From an uncultured Alphaproteobacteria bacterium (GTDB taxonomy: Bacteria > Pseudomonadota > Alphaproteobacteria > RF32 > CAG-239), in the NCBI GenBank assembly GCA_944393175.1, contig CALXZH010000024.1, positions 29,813 to 93,812 on the forward strand: 64,000 nt of DNA, given 5' to 3'. The translations under genes and the position numbers were made by a program. This document shows, piece by piece, positions 1-8,487 of this stretch. The notes below the pieces were generated by a model that worked only from the letters and a program-made list of their open reading frames with translations, ran no database searches and was not told the origin of the DNA. Numbering within the stretch: the stretch's first letter is position 1; each line of letters starts with the position of its first letter.

Positions 1-3
1 AAA

Positions 4-1398
4 ATGGTTTTTAGTTCGTTAATTTTTTTGTGGATGTTCTTACCTATTGTTTTGGGTATGTATTTTCTGACAAAAGAAAGTTATCGAAACGTTTTGTTGC
101 TCGTAGCCAGTTTGTTCTTCTATGCTTGGGGTGAGCCGATTTATGTTTTGATTATGATTTTATCTATTCTCATTAACTGTGTTTGCGGTTTGAAAATCGG
201 TGTGGAAAATGAGAAAAAACGTAAAGTTGCGCTACTCTGGGGTGTGGTTATCAATTTGGCCTTGTTGGGCGTGTTTAAGTATTCCGGCTTCTTTATGGAC
301 AATTTTAATGCCTTGTTCGGTTTGAACGTTGAGGTTAAAAAACTGCCTCTGCCGATTGGTATTTCATTTTACACTTTTCAATCAATTTCTTATTTGGTGG
401 ATATTTATCGCAGAGTGTGTGAGCCGCAAAAAAGTTTGGTAAAAATGGGGCTGTTTATTTCTTTCTTCCCGCAATTGATTGCCGGACCGATTTTGAAATA
501 TTATGATATTGCCGCTCAGATTGATAACCGTAAAGTATCGTTCGTTTTATTTAATCAGGGAGCAGTGCGCTTTTTGCAAGGTTTGGCAAAAAAAGTTATT
601 ATTGCCAATATTATGGCAAAAACTGCCGATGAAATTTTTGGAATGGGCCTGAATGATGTTTCAACGCCGATGGCTTGGATTGGAATTGTGGCTTATACTT
701 TCCAGATTTATTTTGACTTTTCGGGCTATTCCGATATGGCTATCGGTTTGGGCAAAATGTTTGGATTCCACATTAATGAGAACTTTAATTATCCTTATAT
801 TTCAACCTCAATTAAAGACTTTTGGAGAAGATGGCACATTTCTCTTTCAACTTGGTTTAAGGAATATTTGTATATTCCCTTGGGCGGAAACCGAGAAGGT
901 AAGTTTAAGACTTATCGCAATTTGATGATTGTGTTCTTTACCACCGGTTTGTGGCACGGAGCCAGTTGGAATTTTGTAATTTGGGGCTTGTTCCATGGTT
1001 TCTTCTTGGTTATGGAACGTATTTTTCCGATTGATAAATTTTTGCGTTTTCGCATTATCCAAAATATATATGCCTTGCTTGTCGTTATGGTGGGGTGGGT
1101 GTTCTTCAGAGCAGAAACCTTAAGCTCGGCTTTGGGATATTTAAATAGAATGTTTGTGCCTTATAAGACAGATGTTTATTCGGCTTATCTCTCAAACGAG
1201 TTCTTGATGGTTTTGGTTTTGGCGGTCTTGAGCTGCGGTTTCTTGAAACTCGTATTTGATAAACTGCCAATTAAATTTGAATATAAATTCGGCTTAATGA
1301 GGTTATTAAATCCAGCTTGGTGTATGGTTATTGCTTATTTCAGCGTCTTACTTTTGGCCAGCAATACTTATAATCCGTTTATTTATTTCAGGTTCTGA
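4..1398 (+). CDS. MBOAT-family membrane-bound O-acyltransferase (AlgI/DltB/PatA-like polysaccharide O-acetyltransferase); may be N-terminally clipped by the window edge
   Basis: 464-aa polytopic membrane protein with MBOAT-type conserved His region (WRRWHISLSTWFKEYLYIPLGG); immediately followed by AlgJ/AlgX-like genes. Confidence 0.8.
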   Translation: MVFSSLIFLWMFLPIVLGMYFLTKESYRNVLLLVASLFFYAWGEPIYVLIMILSILINCVCGLKIGVENEKKRKVALLWGVVINLALLGVFKYSGFFMDNFNALFGLNVEVKKLPLPIGISFYTFQSISYLVDIYRRVCEPQKSLVKMGLFISFFPQLIAGPILKYYDIAAQIDNRKVSFVLFNQGAVRFLQGLAKKVIIANIMAKTADEIFGMGLNDVSTPMAWIGIVAYTFQIYFDFSGYSDMAIGLGKMFGFHINENFNYPYISTSIKDFWRRWHISLSTWFKEYLYIPLGGNREGKFKTYRNLMIVFFTTGLWHGASWNFVIWGLFHGFFLVMERIFPIDKFLRFRIIQNIYALLVVMVGWVFFRAETLSSALGYLNRMFVPYKTDVYSAYLSNEFLMVLVLAVLSCGFLKLVFDKLPIKFEYKFGLMRLLNPAWCMVIAYFSVLLLASNTYNPFIYFRF

Positions 1399-1400
1399 GG

Positions 1401-2528
1401 ATGAAAAAAGTATTTGTTATATATCGTCTGATACCGGCTTTTGTCTTTTGTGCAATGGTGTTTTGGCCTTTTGCCGCTAATTTGTTCTATTCTAATGCTG
1501 AATTGTTGGACAATCGCCCGTTGAAAGAAAAGCCTGTGAAATTTGATAAGAATTTTATGGCTAATTATGAGGCGTATTATAATGATACTTTTGCAGGCAG
1601 AAAATTTTTAGTTTCTAAATATATTAAATTGCAGCAAGCCTTAAAAATTGATACCGGACAGTATTTTTACGGCGAAAACGGTTGGATGTTCTATGATTCC
1701 GTAAAAGTAAACAACGGAAATACCATGATGGATTATTTTGGAGCGGCACGTTTTGATGAAAACGAACTGGCAAAAATGGCCGAAGGAATTAATATGGCTG
1801 CTGATTTTTATGCAAAACGAGGTGCCAAATATTTTATTGTCATTGCGCCTAATAAGGAAGGGATTTATTCCGAATTTATGCCGGCTCGTATGCAAAAGGC
1901 CAGAACCTCTGATAAATCAAGAATGGATGTGGCTGTTGAATATTTGAAAAAACATACAAGAGCAGTGTTTGTTAACTTAAAAGAGCCAATTTTAGAAGCA
2001 AAGTCAGAATATCCATATAATCTTTATTTTAAGAAAGATACCCATTGGAATAATATCGGCGCTTATGTCGGATTTGAGGCGGTTGCCAAAGCTCTTAATC
2101 AAAACGGCGTGTATGTTCCGCAAAAGCATTTAACACAAGAGATGATTACACCTTTGGGAAAAAGAACGGTTGATATGCATCCGGAAGCCCTGGAAATGGA
2201 TTACACTATTAATTATCTGAAAGATGTTCAATCTGACTGTAAACAAGAAAACGGCGAAAAATTTGTATTTGTTTGCAAAAATAAAACTAAGGCAAATGGT
2301 AAGACTTTGATGGTGTTGAGTGATTCTTTTGCCGTGGCGATTATGCCTTATCTTAATAAAGCTTTTGCCAAGACGGTTAATGCTCCGGCCGGAAATAAAA
2401 AATTGTCTTATTACCAAAATTTGATGGATAAATATAAGCCGGATGTTGTGATTGATGAATTGGTTGAGAGATATTTTTCACGCTATGCAAATTACGGACG
2501 TGTTTTTTCGGGGCATTATGATGATTAA
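1401..2528 (+). CDS. AlgJ/AlgX-like SGNH-fold O-acetyltransferase component (N-terminal membrane anchor/signal)
   Basis: 375 aa; N-terminal hydrophobic segment; KDTHWNNIGAYVG motif resembling the D-x-H-W motif of alginate AlgJ/AlgX; adjacent to MBOAT gene. Confidence 0.7.
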   Translation: MKKVFVIYRLIPAFVFCAMVFWPFAANLFYSNAELLDNRPLKEKPVKFDKNFMANYEAYYNDTFAGRKFLVSKYIKLQQALKIDTGQYFYGENGWMFYDSVKVNNGNTMMDYFGAARFDENELAKMAEGINMAADFYAKRGAKYFIVIAPNKEGIYSEFMPARMQKARTSDKSRMDVAVEYLKKHTRAVFVNLKEPILEAKSEYPYNLYFKKDTHWNNIGAYVGFEAVAKALNQNGVYVPQKHLTQEMITPLGKRTVDMHPEALEMDYTINYLKDVQSDCKQENGEKFVFVCKNKTKANGKTLMVLSDSFAVAIMPYLNKAFAKTVNAPAGNKKLSYYQNLMDKYKPDVVIDELVERYFSRYANYGRVFSGHYDD

Positions 2529-3660
2529 AAAATTATGGAAAAATATTTTTGTTTGGTATCGTTTGCTGCCGGCTTGTGTCTTTGTCTATTGGATTTTTTA
2601 TCCTTTTGTCTTGAATTTGGTCACAAGTAATACCGAATTGTTGGATAATCGTCCCTTAAAAACTAAACCGACCGAGTTAAGTCTTAATTTTGCAAAAGAT
2701 TTTGAGGCTTATTATAACGACACTTTTGCCGGACGTAAAAAATTGCTAAAAAAATACGGGAAAATTCAATATAAACTCGGTATCGACAGCGGCTATACAA
2801 TTCAAGGACAAAAGGGATGGGCTTTTTATGATTCCGCAAAAGTTCCAGATGGGTATACATTGATTGATTATTTCGGTGAAGTGCGCTTTAGTGAGGCCGA
2901 ACTTAAACAAATGGCTGAAGGCGTTGAAAAAGCCAGAGCTTTCTATGCTCGCCAAGGAATAGATTATATTATCATTATTGCGCCAAATAAAGAAGCTATG
3001 TATTCGGAATATATGCCGGAACGTTTGCAAAAACAACGTAAGTCAGATAAGTCGCGTATGGATTTGGCGGTAGAATATTTGCAAAAAAATACCAAAGTCA
3101 AAATTATTAATTTTAAAGATGCTCTTATGGCTGCAAAAAGTGAATTGAAAGAAGAAATTTATTATCCTTTAGACTCTCACTGGAACGGAATCGGAAGTTA
3201 TGTCGGTTATACGGCTATGGCTGAGTATTTGAACAAGTTTAATTATCATTTGCCGGTGAAGCATGTCTCTGAGAATATGATTTCAATTGTCGGAAGCCAA
3301 AAATCGGATTTAGATGTTGCCGGCGTGAAAGATATTAATTATAAAGTTAGTTTCTTTGATGATATGAATGTGAAAAATTTGAAAAATGAGGATAACGGTT
3401 TTATGCTCGTGTATGAAAATACTAAAGCTCCGGAAAAGAAGACGCTGTTTATGATTAGGGATTCTTTTGGGGTGGGGCTTATTCCTTATTTAAGCAAAGC
3501 TTTCAGAAAAACGGTATATGCCCACAATAAACATAATAAAAGAGAGCAATTAGAGGCTCTGATTCGTGAGCATAAACCAGATATTATGGTGGATGAGTTG
3601 GTTGAACGCTATTTTGACCGTTTCTTGAAATATAACGACTTGTATGGAGATAAAAAATGA
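2518..3660 (+). CDS. second AlgJ/AlgX-like SGNH O-acetyltransferase paralog
   Basis: Paralog of preceding gene (same LLDNRPLK...YYNDTFAGRK...DSHWNGIG motifs); ATG at 2518 overlaps upstream stop (ATGATGATTAA), longer ORF-track start 2452 lies inside upstream gene. Confidence 0.7.
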   Translation: MMIKKLWKNIFVWYRLLPACVFVYWIFYPFVLNLVTSNTELLDNRPLKTKPTELSLNFAKDFEAYYNDTFAGRKKLLKKYGKIQYKLGIDSGYTIQGQKGWAFYDSAKVPDGYTLIDYFGEVRFSEAELKQMAEGVEKARAFYARQGIDYIIIIAPNKEAMYSEYMPERLQKQRKSDKSRMDLAVEYLQKNTKVKIINFKDALMAAKSELKEEIYYPLDSHWNGIGSYVGYTAMAEYLNKFNYHLPVKHVSENMISIVGSQKSDLDVAGVKDINYKVSFFDDMNVKNLKNEDNGFMLVYENTKAPEKKTLFMIRDSFGVGLIPYLSKAFRKTVYAHNKHNKREQLEALIREHKPDIMVDELVERYFDRFLKYNDLYGDKK

Positions 3661-4688
3661 AGTCTATTCTCGTAACCGGAGGAGCCGGCTTTATCGGCGC
3701 TAATTTTGTTCCGTATTTTGCAAAAAAATATCCCGATTATCTGGTGATTAATTTGGATAAGCTTACCTATGCCGGTAATTTGGATAATTTGGATGATTGC
3801 AAAGATTGTCCAAACTATAAATTTGTAAAAGGCGATATTTGTGACCGTGATTTAATTGAAAAACTCTTTAGAGAATATGATATTAGGGGCGTGGTCCATT
3901 TTGCTGCCGAAAGCCATGTTGATAATTCCATTACAGGTCCAAAAGCCTTTATTGAAACCAATGTTTTGGGAACGTTTACGCTTTTGGATGTAGCAAGAAA
4001 CTATTGGATGAGTGCTCCGAACCAATTTAAGGAAGGGTATGAAGGATGTCGTTTCCATCATATTTCTACCGATGAGGTTTATGGGGCTTTGGGTGAAACC
4101 GGATATTTTTATGAGACAACTCCTTATGACCCGAGTTCTCCTTATTCGGCTTCAAAAGCCAGTTCGGATATGATTGTGAAAGCTTATCATCGCACTTATG
4201 GGATGAATGTGACGATTTCTAACTGCTCTAATAATTATGGTCCGAAGCAACATCCCGAAAAACTTATTCCGAAAATTATTTCTAATTGCTTGGAAGAAAA
4301 AAATATTCCGATTTACGGGGATGGCAAAAACGTTCGAGATTGGTTATATGTTTTGGATCACTGCAAGGCGATTGATTTGATTTTCCATAAAGGAAAATCA
4401 GGCGAAACCTATAATATCGGCGGGCATAATGAAAAAAATAATTTGGAAATCGTTGATGCCATTTGCTCTATCTTGGATAAGAAAATGCCTAAAAAATCAG
4501 GTGGTTCTTATAAAGATTTGGTTGTCTTTGTTAAAGACAGACCGGGACACGACCGCCGTTACGCTATTGATGCAACCAAACTTTCAACTCAGTTGGGTTG
4601 GAAAGCTGATGAGAATTTTGCCAGCGGAATCGTTAAAACCGTTGATTGGTATTTGGCAAAATTAACTGGTTCAAAAGCTGCTGAATAA
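3657..4688 (+). CDS. rfbB: dTDP-glucose 4,6-dehydratase
   Basis: 343 aa; GGAGFIGANFV Rossmann motif, YSASKASSD catalytic Tyr-x3-Lys motif, overall RmlB-like sequence; start overlaps upstream stop (ATGA). Confidence 0.9.
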   Translation: MKSILVTGGAGFIGANFVPYFAKKYPDYLVINLDKLTYAGNLDNLDDCKDCPNYKFVKGDICDRDLIEKLFREYDIRGVVHFAAESHVDNSITGPKAFIETNVLGTFTLLDVARNYWMSAPNQFKEGYEGCRFHHISTDEVYGALGETGYFYETTPYDPSSPYSASKASSDMIVKAYHRTYGMNVTISNCSNNYGPKQHPEKLIPKIISNCLEEKNIPIYGDGKNVRDWLYVLDHCKAIDLIFHKGKSGETYNIGGHNEKNNLEIVDAICSILDKKMPKKSGGSYKDLVVFVKDRPGHDRRYAIDATKLSTQLGWKADENFASGIVKTVDWYLAKLTGSKAAE

Positions 4689-4697
4689 GGCATTATT

Positions 4698-5861
4698 ATG
4701 CTTGGTAAAAAGATAAAAAAAATCAGAAATTGGTGGCAGAATAAAAAAAATCTGCCCCAATTTCGTGCCAAGCTGGCAAAACTTAAATCTGGTAAAGCGC
4801 CTTATAAAGTTGCTCTTATTTCTCATGAATTATCTTCAACCGGCGCCCCTTTGATGTTGTTGGCTGCCGCTAAAGCTATTTTACAAGATGGCGGACAGGT
4901 GAGGGTGCTGTCTTATCTGGATGGAAATTTAAAAGATAAATTTCAACATCTGGGGGTAGAAGTTTTCGTTCATCCCGAATTTCGGGATAATAAAAATTTG
5001 CTTAATGAATTTGCCGGTGATTGTGATTTTGCCGTGGCAAATACGGTTGTGACTTATCCTGTGATTTCTTTGCTTAAAGGACCACAAATTTTATGGTGGA
5101 TTCACGAGGGAAAAGTCATTGATGATGATTATATTGCTCGTTTCAGAAAAAAGAAATTTCGACCCGATTTGGAAGAAACTTTACGCTCGGCTCCAAAGGT
5201 GGCTGTTGTCAGCGATTATGCCAAGCAAGTAGTGGCTAAATATAATTCAAAGGTTCAAATTTTGAATTTGGCGGAAGATGATTGGTTTGGTGATTGTCTT
5301 GAGACAAAGAAAGTAGGCAATATTGTTCAAATTGCCATGATTGGTGCGGTTTGTCCGATTAAAGGACAAGATGTTGCCTTGCAGGCCATAAGTTCTTTAT
5401 CTGATGAGTATCAAAAGCAAATTTCTTTGGTCATTGCCGGAAAAAATGATAATGATTATGCTTATGGTTTAAGAGAAAAATATAAGCATTTATCCAATGT
5501 GCAATGGTATGGTGCTTTGCCTTTTGAAAAGCTTAAAGGTTTTTATGAGGAGCAAGATGTGATTTTGGTTGCCTCACGCGACGAATCTTTCTCTTTAGTG
5601 GCCTTAGAGGCTTGTATGGCAGCAAAACCTTTGATTGTCAGTTCAAATGTCGGGGCTAAATTCTTGGTTGAAAACGAAAAAAACGGTTTTGTATTTGACA
5701 GCGAAAACGCAAAAAATTTACAAGAGGTGCTGATTAAGCTGATTGAGAATCGTCAAAAGCTAAATCTGATGGGACAAGAATCGCGTAAAATTTACCTAAA
5801 ATATGGGAGTATTGACAGCTTTAGAAAAAATTTTTTGCACTTATTGAAAAATAATTTTTAA
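4698..5861 (+). CDS. glycosyltransferase, GT4/group-1 family
   Basis: 387 aa; C-terminal GT-B retaining glycosyltransferase-like region (EESFSLVALEACMAAKPLIVSSNVGA...). Confidence 0.6.
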   Translation: MLGKKIKKIRNWWQNKKNLPQFRAKLAKLKSGKAPYKVALISHELSSTGAPLMLLAAAKAILQDGGQVRVLSYLDGNLKDKFQHLGVEVFVHPEFRDNKNLLNEFAGDCDFAVANTVVTYPVISLLKGPQILWWIHEGKVIDDDYIARFRKKKFRPDLEETLRSAPKVAVVSDYAKQVVAKYNSKVQILNLAEDDWFGDCLETKKVGNIVQIAMIGAVCPIKGQDVALQAISSLSDEYQKQISLVIAGKNDNDYAYGLREKYKHLSNVQWYGALPFEKLKGFYEEQDVILVASRDESFSLVALEACMAAKPLIVSSNVGAKFLVENEKNGFVFDSENAKNLQEVLIKLIENRQKLNLMGQESRKIYLKYGSIDSFRKNFLHLLKNNF

Positions 5862-5934
5862 ATTTTAAACTTTATTTCACTTTATTTGTATCTATTTATT
5901 CTTGATTAATTTTATATATCAAGAAAGGTTGTTT

Positions 5935-7284
5935 ATGGATACAAGTAGTATTGCGGAGGCCTCCCAGTTAATTTTGGGGATGAATCCGAAAATTGTGGCG
6001 ATTGCTATCGTGACAATTTGTTATTTAGTAATTTTTTCTGAAAAAGTTAATCGTGCAATTATGGCTTTGCTCGGTGCCGCTGCCATGGTTATCAGCGGTA
6101 TTCTGACACAAAAGACAGCTTTGGCCGGAATTGATTTTAATACCATTGCTTTGTTAGTAGGTATGATGATTATCGTAGCTATTTGCGAAAGATCGGGTAT
6201 GTTTCAATTTGTGGCGATTTGGGGAGCAAAACGTGTGCACGCAAATCCGCGCGGATTGTTGGTTGTCCTTGGATTGGTGACCGCTCTATTCTCCGCTTTT
6301 TTGGATAATGTGACGACGGTTTTGTTAATTGCTCCGGTTACTTTTAGAATTTGTCAGCGTTTGAAGCTTAATCCTTATCCTTATTTGGTGATGGAAATCT
6401 TTGCTTCCAACCTCGGCGGAACAGCTACACTTATCGGTGATCCACCGAATATCTTAATCGGTTCATCAATTAATTTAAGTTTCAATGATTTCTTGGTTAC
6501 TTTGGGGCCGGTGGTTGCTGTTTCTATGCTTATTTTGGTCGGTATCTTCGATTTTGTGGTCGGACGTAAATTGACCGCGACCGAAGAAGATAAAGCTAAA
6601 GTTATGCAGATGAATGAGGTGCAATGTATTGCCGATAAAGGTTTGCTCATCAAATCGTTAGTCGTTTTGTGCGGTGTTATTGCCAGCTTTATTTTTGCAC
6701 ACCAACTCAATATGGATAACGGAACCATTGCTCTGACCGGTGCTGCCGTTTTGATGTTGCTTTATACTTTTAAGGGCAATGCCGAAGAAAGAGATGATAA
6801 AGTACGTAATGCTTTGTCTGCTGTGGACTGGACTACAATTTTCTTCTTTATCGGTTTGTTTGTAATGGTTTATGGCTTGGAAGTTACGGGTATTCTATCT
6901 TATTTGGGACATAAATTTATTGAAATGACCGAAGGAAGTGTTAATCGTTTGGTCTTCCTCATTTTGTGGAGCTCAGCTATCTTATCCAGCATTATTGATA
7001 ATATTCCTTTTGTGGCTACAATGATTCCAATGTTAAAATCTATGGAACCATCTTTAGGCGGACGAGAGGCTATGATGCCGGTTTGGTGGGCCTTGTCTTT
7101 GGGTGCTTGTTTTGGCGGAAACGGTACGTTGGTCGGTGCTTCGGCTAATGTGGTCGTTGCAGGCTTGGCTATGCGCGAAGGTCATCCGATTAATTTTATG
7201 AAATTCTTACTCTGGTCAATACCGGTTATGTTGATGAGCGTCATCGTGGCATCGGTATTCCTGTATCTAGAATTTATTATGTAA
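5935..7284 (+). CDS. ArsB/NhaD/CitMHS-superfamily ion transporter
   Basis: ~450-aa polytopic membrane protein with duplicated halves typical of the ArsB/NhaD permease fold; ATG at 5935 preceded by AAAGG RBS. Confidence 0.6.
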   Translation: MDTSSIAEASQLILGMNPKIVAIAIVTICYLVIFSEKVNRAIMALLGAAAMVISGILTQKTALAGIDFNTIALLVGMMIIVAICERSGMFQFVAIWGAKRVHANPRGLLVVLGLVTALFSAFLDNVTTVLLIAPVTFRICQRLKLNPYPYLVMEIFASNLGGTATLIGDPPNILIGSSINLSFNDFLVTLGPVVAVSMLILVGIFDFVVGRKLTATEEDKAKVMQMNEVQCIADKGLLIKSLVVLCGVIASFIFAHQLNMDNGTIALTGAAVLMLLYTFKGNAEERDDKVRNALSAVDWTTIFFFIGLFVMVYGLEVTGILSYLGHKFIEMTEGSVNRLVFLILWSSAILSSIIDNIPFVATMIPMLKSMEPSLGGREAMMPVWWALSLGACFGGNGTLVGASANVVVAGLAMREGHPINFMKFLLWSIPVMLMSVIVASVFLYLEFIM

Positions 7285-7292
7285 TTAATCAC

Positions 7293-7328
7293 AAAAGAAA
7301 AACCTCCGCTTGCGGAGGTTTTTCTTTT
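7293..7328. terminator. bidirectional rho-independent terminator between convergent genes
   Basis: CCTCCG-loop-CGGAGG hairpin flanked by A-run upstream and T-run downstream. Confidence 0.6.
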
Positions 7329-8289
7329 AGGCCTTTTTGTTTTTGGTAGAAATCAGTGAAGCGGCAATGCCAATGAAGATAATTGAAAATGTTATTGACA
7401 GTGAATGCCAAGCTTCAAGCTTTATTCCTACGTATGGGAGAAAGATTTTGCTTCCGATAAAAATTAAAATGATTGATAAAGCTTGTTTTAAGTAAACAAA
7501 ACGGTAAACTGCAGCTTCCAATAAGAAATATAATGCTCTTAAGCCCAGAATGGCAAAGATGTTACTGGTGTAGATGACAAATATATCTTGCGTAATCAGG
7601 AAAATTGCAGGGATACTATCTAGTGCGAAAATAACATCCATGGTTTCCACAATTAACAAAGCAAAGAATAATGGAGTGATGTAATGATGTCCATTTCTTT
7701 TCATAAAAAAGTGTTCGCCGTGTATTTCGTGGGTTACGTGAAAAAATTTAGAAATTGTTTTGTATAAGCGGGTTTCTTTTAGAGGTGTTTCTTCTTTGGA
7801 GGAAGGTAGTACCATCTTGATACCCGTATAGAGCAAGAATGCAGAAAACAAGTATAATACCCAGTGGAATTCTTTTATTAATGCATCTCCTACAAAAATG
7901 AGAATAGCTCGCATTACCAGTGCGCCTAAAATACCCCAGAACAGAACGCGGTGCTGATACATTCTTGGAATTTGTAACGAGGTGAAGACTAAAGAGATGA
8001 TGAAGACGTTATCTAAAGATAAGCTCTTTTCTACCAAAAATCCGGTAAAGAATAACATACCTTTATCAAATCCTTCTTCGTACATAACAAAGACGCCGAA
8101 AATGCAGGCGGCTAAAATATATACAATGCACAAAACCAATGTATGCATAAAATTTGGGACTTCGTTCTTGCGGTTAAAAAACAGTAAGTCCCAGAGTAAT
8201 AAAACAATTACGGCTATGCCGAATATTGTCCACATCCACGTTGAAGATAATGTGGCGTGATGTGTAAATAAATATTGTAATCTTTCCAT
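7327..8289 (-). CDS. TerC-family integral membrane protein
   Basis: 320 aa, multiple TM helices, TerC-like conserved segments (ALDSIPAIF, DNVFII). Confidence 0.75.
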   Translation of the reverse strand: MERLQYLFTHHATLSSTWMWTIFGIAVIVLLLWDLLFFNRKNEVPNFMHTLVLCIVYILAACIFGVFVMYEEGFDKGMLFFTGFLVEKSLSLDNVFIISLVFTSLQIPRMYQHRVLFWGILGALVMRAILIFVGDALIKEFHWVLYLFSAFLLYTGIKMVLPSSKEETPLKETRLYKTISKFFHVTHEIHGEHFFMKRNGHHYITPLFFALLIVETMDVIFALDSIPAIFLITQDIFVIYTSNIFAILGLRALYFLLEAAVYRFVYLKQALSIILIFIGSKIFLPYVGIKLEAWHSLSITFSIIFIGIAASLISTKNKKA

Positions 8290-8487
8290 AGTTCTTTCAG
8301 TCTTAAAAAAATTAATTTTCTTTTTAGATTTACGCTATTGAAGGTTTATCGTCAAATTTTATCTTTGCTTAATTAACAAAGAAAATTTGTTTGTTTTATT
8401 TAAATCTGTTGATTGTTTTTTTTATGGTTGATATTTATTTAGTTGTGTATATAAATAATTTTATTAATTAAAAAAATCTATTTTGAG

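Noticed and set aside
653-1062. Short ORFs nested in or antisense to the MBOAT gene (653-925 +, 847-1062 -) and many similar 60-120-aa ORFs inside other genes
   Set aside because: They overlap well-supported longer genes in other frames and have no RBS or family features. These are typical spurious ORFs.
8290-8487. Looked for a yybP-ykoY (Mn2+) riboswitch upstream of the TerC-family gene
   Set aside because: The region is extremely AT-rich and lacks the conserved GC-rich helices expected for that riboswitch. No support from the sequence.
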